DNA from: Chrysomallon squamiferum
Taxonomy: Eukaryota > Animalia > Mollusca
NCBI GenBank assembly: GCA_012295275.1
Contig: CM022679.1
Span: 12,090,001-12,154,000, forward strand
DNA: 64,000 bases
Direction: 5' to 3'
Shown here: in pieces, positions 13,007-25,786 of the stretch
How the letters are laid out: every line of letters starts with the position of its first letter
How positions within the stretch are numbered: the first letter of the stretch is position 1
The notes under the pieces: model-generated
Seen by the model: only the letters and a program-made list of their open reading frames with translations
Told to the model about the DNA's origin: nothing
Databases searched by the model: none
Position numbers and translations under genes: made by a program

Positions 13007-14029
13007 TAAAAATAAAAATAATAAATATAAATAAAGAAATAAAGAAATAAGTAAAGAAACAAACAAACAAACAAACAAAAAGAATTTGTAAAACTGTATG
13101 TATGTATATGTAATTGGGCTGCATGGATGGATGAATGAATGGACGTATGTATAAATTATCCACTAAAATTTACAAGCAGATACAGACAAACAAACGGACA
13201 GAATAGAAGAAAAGAAATGTCACAAATGTCCTGTAAACTAAAGATTTCTAGTTTATTTCAGTTATATATATATATATTGCTACTATAGTAATGATGAAAC
13301 AGAATTTATTTATTTATTTATTTGTATTATTTTCCTTCTTAAACAAAAGATCTACTTTATTTTTCACTTTCCCGATAAATGCCGCACTATCATTTTTCCA
13401 GCAATGTTTGCTCTTTTTCTTTTTTATTACTTAAATGTAAAATTCGCTTTCAGAATTGTCTGTGAGCAAATGCTTCTACGAGTGAGCCATAATTCATCCA
13501 CAAAAAACACTGACTGACACAAGCCAAGCTGTTTTCCAATCATCAGAGCTCGTTAATATTTAACAGTCCAGAACAGACGCGCAAAAAGCAGAACTGTTAA
13601 CGTCAAAGCTCAGCGCGAGTTGAAGCCGTCCAACCCAAACGTTGGTACCCGATCACCCGAGTCTTATGAAGAGAAATAATTAGGAATAGAAAGAATGATT
13701 AATCAAATGAACTTAGTGGTGTTTCTGTCAACGGATGCCCAAACAGAGCTTTGATCTCCAACTAATAGGTGCAGAGGGTTTACGACTTTGCACATTGCAT
13801 TATTTTTTAACTGATTGACAAAACTCATTAACAATTTAAGACTTGTTTGTAATAAGAGCTCGCTGACAAGTGCGAGTTAGAGATGTCTGCCATGTGGGCT
13901 GGCAATAACGAGAGCAACAGAAATAGATTGTCTAAACGCATAGCAACAAGAGTTAAAAAGAAAGATGGAAAGTGTGGGGAGGCACAGCGAAAAAAGGAAA
14001 TGCCGAGCAGGGGGAGTCGAGAAAGGTAA

Positions 14030-14345
<316 letters not shown>

Positions 14346-17300
14346 GGGAAAAGAAAAAATGTAGAAAATAAATAATGAAATATATCTAATTAAAATAAAA
14401 AACTTATTAAATAAATAAATATATAAATGACAACTCGATCATAAGGAATGAATCTCTAGTTAGAAGGGCAATATGTTTGGGTTACTCAGAAAATAAAGTA
14501 AATGAAGTCTTAGATTAATAAAATTATAAAAATAAGGAATAAACTGACCAAGGATGTAATTATAAGTTCATACGCGCACATTAAACAGAGAGAGAAAGAA
14601 AGAAAGAAAGAAAAATGAAAGAAAGAGAACATAATAACTGGAAGAAATACAATAGTAAAACTGTGAACTCGAAGATATATCACAATAAAGATATTAAACA
14701 AAACAGAAATTCACAGAGAAGTACAAGCTGGTTGAAATGTATACAGTACACAGTTATATTTGCTGTTTATCGGGCTACATTGATTGAGAAATAGTCTAGG
14801 AGGATTAAACCTAAGTATTAGTACCTGTAAAACCGTTTCTTTCTTTAGTTTTTCTAAGAGTTCAGTTAATCTAATGCATTTAAGAACAAGAAGAAAATAG
14901 TAAATAGTTTTTAAAATTTTATTGAAAAAAGTACAAGGAACAGCGCGAAATAATAAATGCATTTCAGTGTATGTTTTAGCTATATATTTTATGACATATG
15001 CTTACTGTATTTTTATGACAAAACTTAGCCATAAAACCGAAGTAAAAATGATATGCAGTACAAGGTGTGTGTTGTTTACTCATATCTGACAGTATGGACT
15101 TTCCTTTTTACTTTTTCAGAGTACAAGTCTCAGCGTTATGGCAATTTTTTCTCTCACTCTCAGAACTTTAATAAACATCACTACAGATGTTCCTTGTTCG
15201 CTTCCAAAACATTAAATGCTTTCAGACTCTTGAACTCGAAAACGCAGCCTAACTCCTCTTTTGTACATAAAATATAACCATTTGCCACACGCATGGCGCG
15301 TTTAGTTCATAGTTTCTTCATTCCAACATTGATGATAAAAAAACATTTCAGGTCTGATAAATGTGGCCGTAGCTTCGTAACTGACGCTTATGCTTGGCAC
15401 AAGACACTTACTGTCCATATTTATGGAATACATCTGTCTTTAACCCAGTCGAGTGGCTGATAGCAGACGAGATTCAAATTTACTACGTCTGTTTCTTCTA
15501 AAAATGTAATAAACCTGTTTTCAGTCAGCACGAACTCTCACGCACCAGGTGATAATAGAAAAACGAAAATATTCTAAAGACGTTGATTTAGAGGCAGAAA
15601 TTATTTAGATCAGTCTTTTTTTATGCGTGTTTATTTTTTAACTTTTTTCCACATGCGAAATTACTTCGTAACGTTCCGTCTTCACTGTACGCGGTAATGT
15701 GCTGGCTCGAACCATAATAATATATCACAAAAAAAAAATAATTTATCGCGTTCATATTAATCTAAATGAATAGTAAAGATCTAGTGAGGATAGACGTAGA
15801 CTTATTCTGTTGATAAAAATAATATATTAAAACTTTTAAGCATATGTTTTTTGCAGTTGGTGATTAAGCCTGTGCTCGGTAAAACAACGTATTCTTGGTG
15901 TAAGAACTAATTGAGAACAAAAAAAATATATATATATTACCTAATTTTAAAGGATTCAATAACCCATAGTAGCTCAATGCAATACCCGTAGATCAAGGTG
16001 CTATTTGGCTGCTGTTGTTTTTGCTTTTTTGACTGAATTTTTGCAGAAACTCAATTACTATCCCTGGTGGTTTTCGCATATAGCTGGTTTATTAAAAAGA
16101 GGGCCTGTTTTGTTCTGACATTCTGTTTAATTTTTATTAAAATTAGAGTTATTCATGGAAGTCATCTGTTAATGGCAATTTTAGGTAATTCTACTTTAGA
16201 ACTTTATTTTTTCATGATGTCTGCCTCAGCGGTAAGTATAAGACTGAAAAGATTATTTTAGATAGAATCAATAACAACCAGACAAAAGAGAACTCCAGAG
16301 AGTGAAAAACCAAAGCAATTCCATTCATTTTAAATTACACAATGTTTTTCCATTTTAAGTACTTTCTGAGATGAAAGCCAATAGTAGAAAGACACATGAT
16401 TATGGTTATTAAATAAAGCAATGTGTTTACTTGTAGTTGTTTTTTCTTTCTTTCTTGTCTGTGCAATGTGAGCAACAACAATCTTTTATATAGACTTTTA
16501 AATATTATCAGATATCTTCTGAGTAAAGGTAGAAATTGTTTGGTTATTTCTCGTCTCAGTGCATAGAATGTTCTTTTTATCTGTGCTTCTGGTATCAAAT
16601 GACTTCATGGTTAAGTCTCAGGCTTGAGAGCAGGTCCAGATCCATGTGTCCAGCCTAACACTGCTGCTGGACACACAAGGCAGTTACAACTTCATGGTAT
16701 TCATTCTGTTTATTTGCTCGATCTGACAACTTGTTTTTTAAATTTATTTGTTTAGTATTGAACAAATTGTTCGATCTAGCATATTATAAATTCCCTTCGT
16801 CCTCATCACCATAATATTATGTTTGAGGAATAAATAATCATTTTCTTTACTAAAATGTATGCAAAACACAAACAGTCATTCTTCATACTACAGCATTCGA
16901 GTTTTTAGTTGGGCATAATTACAGTAAAGTCGGTTCAGAATCACTATGCACTGGGAATAACTGGAAATACATCATGTCCATAATAGAATGATTCAGAAAT
17001 CTGACATCCCTGCGGCGTTTGTTTCCACTTAGAATGAAATACCATGCAATAAACCAATTTACACAAGCGCCTTAATGAATTTGAAACATTAATAAAATAT
17101 GCATGAAGTCAGTCCTACTTAAAAGAGAGATTTGCCTGATCTTTGGGACATAAAAATGTTTAGCCAATGGCAGCTGGGAAAGGTCGAGCGATCAATCTCA
17201 GCAAAACAGCAGTTTGCATGCACAAAGCTATTCTCCAGAACGGCTTTGGTAACGTCTCTGGACGTAATTTCATATTGAATGGTGACGGACATGGAAGTAA

Positions 17301-18087
17301 GATATTTATCAATTCAATTGCCACCTATTTTTTTTTTTTTTTCTCTCTTTCTTTCTTCCAAGTCTGATAAAGCATCCCGTGTCGTGATTCTGTGACTTGA
17401 TGAAATTTTATACACGTGCTCAGACATAAAACAACACTTTGTACTTGTCATGTAATTGTTTCTCTTTGTATTTCAATTAGTAATAGCGTCAGTGAAACTT
17501 CTTTTTTTTTTTCTCCTTTTTTATAATTTTGTTTTGTGTGTGTGAATGTGTGTGTTTCTGTGTGTGTGTGTGTGTACGTGATCTCTTGTCTGTATTTTTT
17601 GTGTTTATATAAATGTATCTCAGTGTCTGGTACTGTGTGCACAAGCGCAAAAACGTTTTTCTTTTGCTTAAATTATAGTTTATTAATGATAACTTCCTAA
17701 TCAAAATATTAACTTTATATCTCTTAAGAAATAAATGAAAAAAAAAAAAATAATAATAATAATAATAAATAAATAAAAATCAGTCACTGTATAAGGTATT
17801 CTTTATTGTAATATATACTTCTCCAAGGACGAAACCCACCAAATAACAATTTTAGACACCATCACTGAAGCCATGAAAACACAACATGCTACTTCTTATC
17901 TGTGGTCATTATCCTAAAGAGAGATACTTTAAGGAATTAATATAACGAACTCATAATTATTCATCTGCGCTTCTTTTATCAATCTCAAGTGCCGCATTTC
18001 AATGTATCCAGTTCTAACAGTGTCATTGTTTTTAAAAGTAATAATTACAGTTTTTGTTTTATATGAGAAGGTATAAACAAACTATTC

Positions 18088-18130
18088 ATTGCTGCTAATC
18101 GGTAAGTGTAGACCATGGAGTGATACCAAC
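18088..18130 (+). mobile_element. Internal fragment of the same SINE family
   Basis: ttgctgctaatcggtaagtgtagaccatggagtg resembles the remembered core TTGCTGCTAATCGAAAAGAGTAGCCCATGAAGTGG and overlaps the gagtagactaccaagtgg block of the copy at 2925-3210. Confidence 0.5.
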
Positions 18131-19313
18131 ATTTTTATTTTTCTTTTTTCTTTTCTTTCTTCTTTTCTTGTTTTTTTTTTTTTTTTTTTTTTTTAAAAAA
18201 TAAGAAAACCGAAAAATCCACTACCACCCACAAAGAAAATAAATAGACAGATAAACAATTAGATTAAAAACAAAAGCAACAATAACAAATAAAATAAAAT
18301 AAAATAAATCCTACAAAGAAAACACATTTAAAAGTTCAAAGAAACATTCATTCAGTTTATTAATTTTTAAAACCAAAGAGATCCGAAAATGAAATTAAAA
18401 TGTGAATAAATTTAAATAAAATTCAATTCAAAAAGATAAATAAATAACAATGTGAAAAACTTAATAAAACTGAGTTTCAGATATATTTTCTCATGTTATT
18501 AATGGTGCGTCAGCAGAATCTGAAGGCAGGATTTGCCGTTTTAAATTTAAATTCTTTTTTTTTTTTAATCTTCAGTACATAGTGTCATTTAACAAAACGG
18601 CTGTCTTGTTAAAAACATTCTGTCTATAGCTGAAAAGAATTAAAAAAAAAATTAAAAATTAAAAATTAAAATTTACTGGTGCACGGTTACACCGGTGCTA
18701 TAAATTATTTAAAACATTTAAGATCGATTGCAAATTTCATATACAAAATCCCAGTTTTAGTCACTAAAGAAAAAATCTTTTATCTGTGACATGTATATAC
18801 GTTTATTCTATTCGATGCTTATGACATTTTAATGTCATAAATCAAGCGTAATCTAGTTTCAGAAAATTAATAATGGAAACTCTAGCATGATTGCTTTGCT
18901 TGACATTTGTAATCAATTTCATCAGTTTAGTATCTTTGTCTTTGCTAGAAATAAGCAGAGAAAAAAAAAAATAGACGAAAGAAATATGCTGTCTGAGCCT
19001 TTTGTTTTGATTTACTATATACTGTGTAGGTATGAAATGAAGAAAATATTGAATACACACATAAATTGTGATCAGGTTTCAGACTTTAGATTATTGATTT
19101 CAGTAAACGCACGTACACACAACACACATACACGCAAGTGTATATTTTAATGAAGTTCCTATGTTTAAATAAAACACATGTTTTTATTTTATTTTATTTT
19201 ATTTTTTTTACAGGAAAGAACTGATAGTAAACCCAGTTGATGATATTCTTCATAGTTCAGTAACTGTCAACAAGGTGAATGTAAAGAAAAAGTAATAACT
19301 AATGTTTTAGAAC

Positions 19314-19377
<64 letters not shown>

Positions 19378-19829
19378 AATTAATAAATAAACTAATATTA
19401 ACAAAAGAAAAAAGGTATTAATTTAAGAGTTCCAGGTATCTGAGAAGGGGTCACTAAAAGTAGTATTTTACAAAAGTTAATCAGTGTGCCTACACGTCCT
19501 CTGAAATACTGCGAGATAGTTTAAAGATTCTTAGTTCTCAATATAGAATTATAAATAGTTTCATACCTAGGACCGTAATTTTCAAACTTGAACATTCTTT
19601 CTAGACAGAGAGTAATTATTAATATAGTTTTGCTTAGATACTAGTTGGAATGAATACAATCATCACTTCACAGAGATCATGGATAATGTAGTTATAAATT
19701 TAAAAAAGCTGTTTCGCAAGTTTGGTATTTTCCTTCGTCCATCTTTGCCCACTAACCTCTTCTCTGACCAAACCTGAGAGCAACCTTTAAGATTTAACAA
19801 AAGTTGTGCTTTGTTTTCTTTTGGAAGTA

Positions 19830-19863
19830 ACATATAAAAGACCCCATGCTGCTAATCTAAAAT
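19830..19863 (+). mobile_element. SINE core fragment (Meta/MESC-like)
   Basis: catataaaagaccccatgctgctaatc resembles the remembered core CATATAAAAGATCCCTTGCTGCTAATC and shares tgctgctaatc with 18090. Confidence 0.55.
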
Positions 19864-20574
19864 ATAATACAGTAATAGATAAAACAATAAGAAAGAATTA
19901 CGATAAATAAATAAATAAATAGACTAATTCGAGTGAATTATTTTTACTTAAGCTAAATTCCAATTACTGGTAACAAAATAAGTGTTACTATAAATTCCAA
20001 AAATATATTTTAATCCTTTCCGATAAATTATTTTATTTATTTTGTTATTATATATATATATATTTTTAAACAAATGTTTTTGCTGATGTCAGAAGAAATG
20101 AAGATTGGGTCTATGCTTAATTCTTGCGGTATGTATTACGAAACCTAGGATATTAATATTTGGGCCAAGCCGGTCGATTCTGAATGGATTTGCATTAAGA
20201 CATAGCAGGTATACATATGGCATTGTTAATAAAGTATTGCCAAAACAAACAAAAAAACTTTATAATAAATGACTTAACATAAAATTAATTGCTTTGTTGA
20301 CAGAATAAAACAATTTTTTCTCTCAACTCAGCATTGTAGAATGATATATTAATGAAGGAAAAACAATACTAAATAAAGCAGTTGTGGCAAATCTTAGTTA
20401 GGTTTCAGAATCAATATCTTTAATTCCATCTTATACATTTCCCAGTCTGCCTGATACTGTAACTCTCGGATATATTACTATATTTTGTTAACCAAATTAA
20501 GTTTCACGCCATATTTATTAGTGGTATATGCATTATGCATTGTTTACTATTATTTATCTGAATATGTTTATATT

Positions 20575-20690
<116 letters not shown>

Positions 20691-20833
20691 AGCAACATTG
20701 AAAACAACAAAATAAGCAACAACAAATTTTAAACTTCGCCTTTATAGCAAATTAAAAGAATAAAACAAAAACAAAACAAAACAATTCCCTAATCCCCTCG
20801 CCATTTATTGGATAATTTCAAACTGAAATAAAA

Positions 20834-20898
<65 letters not shown>

Positions 20899-22083
20899 CA
20901 TCATCATTATTATTGATTTGTTTTTTTTTTTGTTTTTTTTTTTACACTTTTTTCTCTTTTTTTTTTTTTTTTTTGTTTTCTTTTATTTATTTATTTATTT
21001 ATTTATGCCACATGCTACTTTTGATATAAAAAAAAAAAAAAACGAGCACATTGTCTTTTTAAAAAAAAAGTATGAAAAAAAAAAAAAAAAAAATTACGCA
21101 TCTTTAAGCTGAATATCAACTTTAACGGCTTCCCATTTGTACACGGGTAGAAAGATATGTTACCCAGCATTCATTTGTACAGAAGACCAGGTAAGGGGAA
21201 CGTTTAATTTATATCAGTTGACAGGTAGACAGCGTGTGTTGTGACCAGACCTCCTCTATAGGTGAGTTACAACAATAATACACTCGAGTGTCGGCGCAAA
21301 TTTATCACAGGCTACCTTTGATGTGACAGGTAAATGGGTGGTTTGGTGCAATCTATCAAACCCAAGCGTCACCGAACCACTTTATTTACGCTTAAACATA
21401 TTTTAAACAAATAACTCTGATTGAAATAAATCTTTTACTCCATTTTTTTTTTTTCTCTTTCGTTCACCCTGCGTTGACTGGATTCATTAGATGAGACTTC
21501 AGAAGACATTTTTATTTTTTAAATTTTTAAATTTTTTTTTTTTATCGTTGCTGTAAAATATGGTTAGCGAGTTACGCGTTGTTTTGACCTCAGTGGGCGT
21601 CTAGTGTTGAAACGTCCTGAGATGAGATGTTTAACGTAATGACCTGCTTGCTCTAGGAAATTATTATACTGCTGTTCACAGATACTTTATAGGCTGTTTT
21701 TCTTTCTTTGAGCTGTTTTATGTTTTTAAATTTTTTTTTTTTTTTTTTTTTTTTTTTATATTATTTCTGCATAATATTGGATCGGTCGTCGGTTAGGTAT
21801 ATAAAAATTGTTGCGATCACATTATTGAGTACTCTTCTATTTTTGAGTTGTTGTTATAACTCTTATTTTGTGTACTGCATTCTTCAAGCTGTCTCGTAGA
21901 GCAATGCTAGAACTGAACAACCATAAGTTTCTGCGGAATTCAAGCATGTATATATAAAAAAAAAAAACTCACTAATTTTCTGGTTACCTATATTTGCTGT
22001 ATCTAGCTAGAGAGATAGATAAATATCTTTAATTTTTATTTTGCGATAGGAAAAATAATAGTTAACGAGAATAGACAGTAAAG

Positions 22084-22162
22084 CAGGGGTCGGCAACCTC
22101 TTGGATAGAGGGGGCCAGACAGCTATGCCTTGTTTTGGAGGAGACCTGAAACTGCGCCCCTG
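22084..22162. mobile_element. Short non-autonomous hAT-like DNA transposon relic
   Basis: Begins CAGGGGTCGGCAACC, a typical hAT/Charlie-type terminus, and ends tgcgcccctg, an imperfect inverted copy. An alternative right end tttgacacccgt lies at about 22171-22182. No 8-bp target-site duplication is visible. Confidence 0.4.
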
Positions 22163-24146
22163 TTCAGACATTTGACACCCGTCTTTCAGATAACCACCAC
22201 GTCAATGAATAGAATACTCCAATAGGTCTCTGTGTTATGTAGATTATATCATGTAGCCTACCAAATTTACAAAGGTGCACGTTAAAGCATTATTAATATG
22301 TTTGTATCAGTAACAGAGTATGCTGCCAAATACAAGCAAGGCATGAAGAAACACTGTACCTCTTCTACCATGATCTCTTACAGCAACGGTATTAGTTGAC
22401 ATCTCAAAAATAATTCCACAAGCTGTGTCATGTTGTTTCATTTTATTTGTCACACAAATGTAAATTACTTTTTTCTCTCTCTCTTCACATTTCATACTAA
22501 TATCGACATATTTTGAAATGAATATCTAACATGGCCCGACAGACTGCAACAGATTAGAGACATTCGACCGACGTGGAACTGTCAAACGGCAATAATGCTT
22601 TATCGAAAACTCGTCCGATCATGTGACAGTTAATTGCAGAATGGATACCCGCGCTGACAACTGGTGCTGGCGATAATGTAAGTCGACACCTCGAGATTTC
22701 CCATCACAAGGGAACGTTTAATCTTCTGTCAATCACTTCTTTTCAAGCTCTGACAGTGCTTAATGTGCAGCTAGATATATGACAAAAGAAACGAGCCTGG
22801 CACTCACGTGGGTGACAAACTGAATACGACGTCCATAGGGGGGTTGACTGGTATTATTCACGCGACAAGAAAAAAGAATAAGAAAAAAAATGTGGTTCGA
22901 ACGATGTGTTTGGTAAACCGATACAAAAGAGCCATTTTTTTTTTTTTTTTTTTTTTCTCCTTAAGACGAGGAGGAAACATTAGGATGTTTTTGTAAATTA
23001 TCTAAAACGAATGGTATTCTCCGATTAATTTATTAATTCTGTTGATTTATTTAAAATAATAATAATAATATACAAAATAATTAATAATAATATAAAAAAA
23101 CAATTTAAAAAAATATAAAAATGTTTGTGTGTGTTAAAAGTTCATTTTCTTAAAAAGGAAAATGTTATTATTTTTCATATTTTTTACTTCCCTACTATTA
23201 ATAAAATAAAATAGGTTAATTTAGATTGATTTACAGAAACTTTAATTAATTAAAATAGAAGTTTTACAGTGGTAAACTTTAGGTACAGATGTAGTCCCTT
23301 TACATAAGTAAACATGTTGAACATTTTCATATGACACTATTCATACACTTGCGGCGGAAGAAAAAGATAAAGAGGCCATTATAAAACGCCGTAGGTTAGT
23401 TTTAGTTTGTCAAATCAATCAAGTTTTCTTTTTTATCAGTCAATATTCCACCATCCGACCTTGCCCACTTACCTCCCTTGACGAACAGGTTAACGCTAAA
23501 GAGCTGACTCGACTACAACGATAGTGATGAAAAGAAAAACAAATACTGGTCCATTTGGCAAACTGAAAATGGCCTCTGGCATTTTATATGCCACTTCATT
23601 CTTGTCCAGCGGCAAAACAACAGATTATTGCGAAATTGTGGCAAAATCATTTTTTTGCTAGTTAAATAGTTTGATATTTATATAGTTTAATCATGATGAC
23701 AGAAATTAAATTAAATGGTGTATTTGAACCCCTAAAAATCAGCAATAACATGGGATAGAACGACTGATTTGTATGTTGCCGACGTAGAAACGTAGTCTGA
23801 TGTATCATGGTCCTTAGAACAAACGCGTATTTCTGTTTCAGCCAGGACTAAATTTATTTTACAAAGGCTTGTGGTATGTGTCGTCCGTTATTTGTGAAAT
23901 AATTTATAGAACATCTTCAGACGTAAATTGACGGGGATCTCATTTTGATGTCATCATTATGAAAGAAACCAATTGTAAAATTAATATAAATAACATGATA
24001 TCGTGTCACTGATATTTATGTATTTATCATACATTTACGAAATTTAATGATACCGAAAGCCTGAGAAAGACAGGGAATGGGAAAGAATGTGGAAAGAAGA
24101 AAATTAATAAAATGTGTATGAAAGCAAGACATTAAAAAGATGTTGT

Positions 24147-24242
<96 letters not shown>

Positions 24243-25713
24243 AAAGCGACAGAAAAATATAATATATATTCACTTTCAAAAAAGAAAAAAACAAACAAAA
24301 AACCCAGAGAAAATAGACACAAACAGAAATAATGACATACAGACATAAAATAATAAAAGAAAAAAATATATTAAAAACGGAAAAAAAAATTTTTTTTTTT
24401 ATGTCATTGTTCTTTATTTGACAAATAACAACAAGAATATTATTTTTTATTTTCGTCTATCGATTTGATTTGGAGAAATTATTCATAGAATTTTCTCACA
24501 GCCACATGTTTATATGTAAAGAAATAGTTTTTTGGAAAATCAAGTCTGATATGTGATATTTTTCACTGACCAAAAAAAAAAAAAAGTATGAAAAAGAAAA
24601 AATAATAATAAAAAGTAACAGAAAAAAAAATAATTCCGTAATGTCACAAGACGAGTATTAGATATTCAAGTAATCCGAAATGTTTCAGAAAAGCTTCATA
24701 CTGTCTTTTAAGCCTGTTCTGAAAAAAAAAACAAAAAAACAACAGAATGAGAGAGAGAGACAGAGAGAGAAGAAATGTAAAAGGGTAAAAAAAAAAAAAA
24801 AAAACTTGAAAGAAAGAGCTTTGAACGAGACATCGCAACTGCCAATCCCCGGAGGCAAGAAACATTTATGTTTCACTTCTAGTGACACCAAATGTGACAT
24901 CCAGCATTTAACAGTTTCTTGCCGTTGACAGGACTTCCATTAAGATGCTTAAAATGTCCAGAATTAACTACACGGCTTGAAACAAATTACATCGCTTGTC
25001 GTGTGCTTGAAAGCAAAATACACCCTTTAAACGATTCTTGTCGTCTGCGGCTGTCACTTGGTGTCACTTGTTTGAGCAGAATGCTAAAGCTGTCAGCGAG
25101 GCGCGGGCGCCTTCTGGGTTGAACCGTGATTAGGTTGTAGTTAAAACATACATCTAGATCGTTTAACATTCTAATCAAAGCTTTGGAAAATTGCTTGCAT
25201 TTAAATGTGTGTGTGAGTGTGTTTGTATGTGTGTGTGTGCATTTGTATGTGTGGGTATGTGTGTGTGCGTATTTGTATGTGTGGTTACGTGTGTGTGCGT
25301 ATTTGTATGTGTGGGTATGCGTGTGTATGCGTATATGTGTGCAAGTGTGTGTTTGAGAAAGAGATATTTGGAGAGACATACAGTAAAATATACAGATAAA
25401 AAAGGGTGTGTTTGTGCCAGAGACAGTGAGTTGATTATCTGTATAGAGAAACAGAGAAAAGTTTTTATTTTCAATACTTTGAATCCTACAGTTTATAATA
25501 ACATTATGGTTAGGGGTTAAATAGATTAAGAAAGAAGAAACTCGATTCCTCTTTGCGACATACCTTTTAGATTGGCAGTTCGTATTTTGTATATTTTGAT
25601 ACTAAATAATAAGATAGTAAATGTTTGTATTTAGTTATCCAATTAACTTTTATATCTATGCAGTAACAGTGATCTGGTCATTTGCATTTTAATTTAAAAA
25701 TGATTAACGTCTC

Positions 25714-25786
25714 AGCCTCCAGTGAGGATCGAACTCACGACCCCTGGTTTACAAGACCAGTGCTCTATCCACTGAGCTATAGAGGC
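25714..25786 (-). tRNA. tRNA-Thr (anticodon TGT), intronless, apparently intact
   Basis: Reverse complement reads GCCTCTATAGCTCAGTGGATAGAGCACTGGTCTTGTAAACCAGGGGTCGTGAGTTCGATCCTCACTGGAGGCT. Acceptor stem GCCTCTA/TGGAGGC; D stem GCTC/GAGC; anticodon arm CTGGT-CTTGTAA-ACCAG; T arm GTGAG-TTCGATC-CTCAC. A T5 run lies about 13 nt downstream on the minus strand, consistent with a Pol III terminator. Confidence 0.96.

Noticed and set aside
15412-15497. Minus-strand segment bounded by catttttag| and |gtaagt
   Set aside because: It has stop codons in all three frames, so it cannot be an internal coding exon.
21303-21326. tatcacaggctacctttgatgtga resembles mature miR-2 (seed ATCACAG plus TTTGATG)
   Set aside because: There is no complementary 5' arm upstream to form a precursor hairpin, and the middle does not match.
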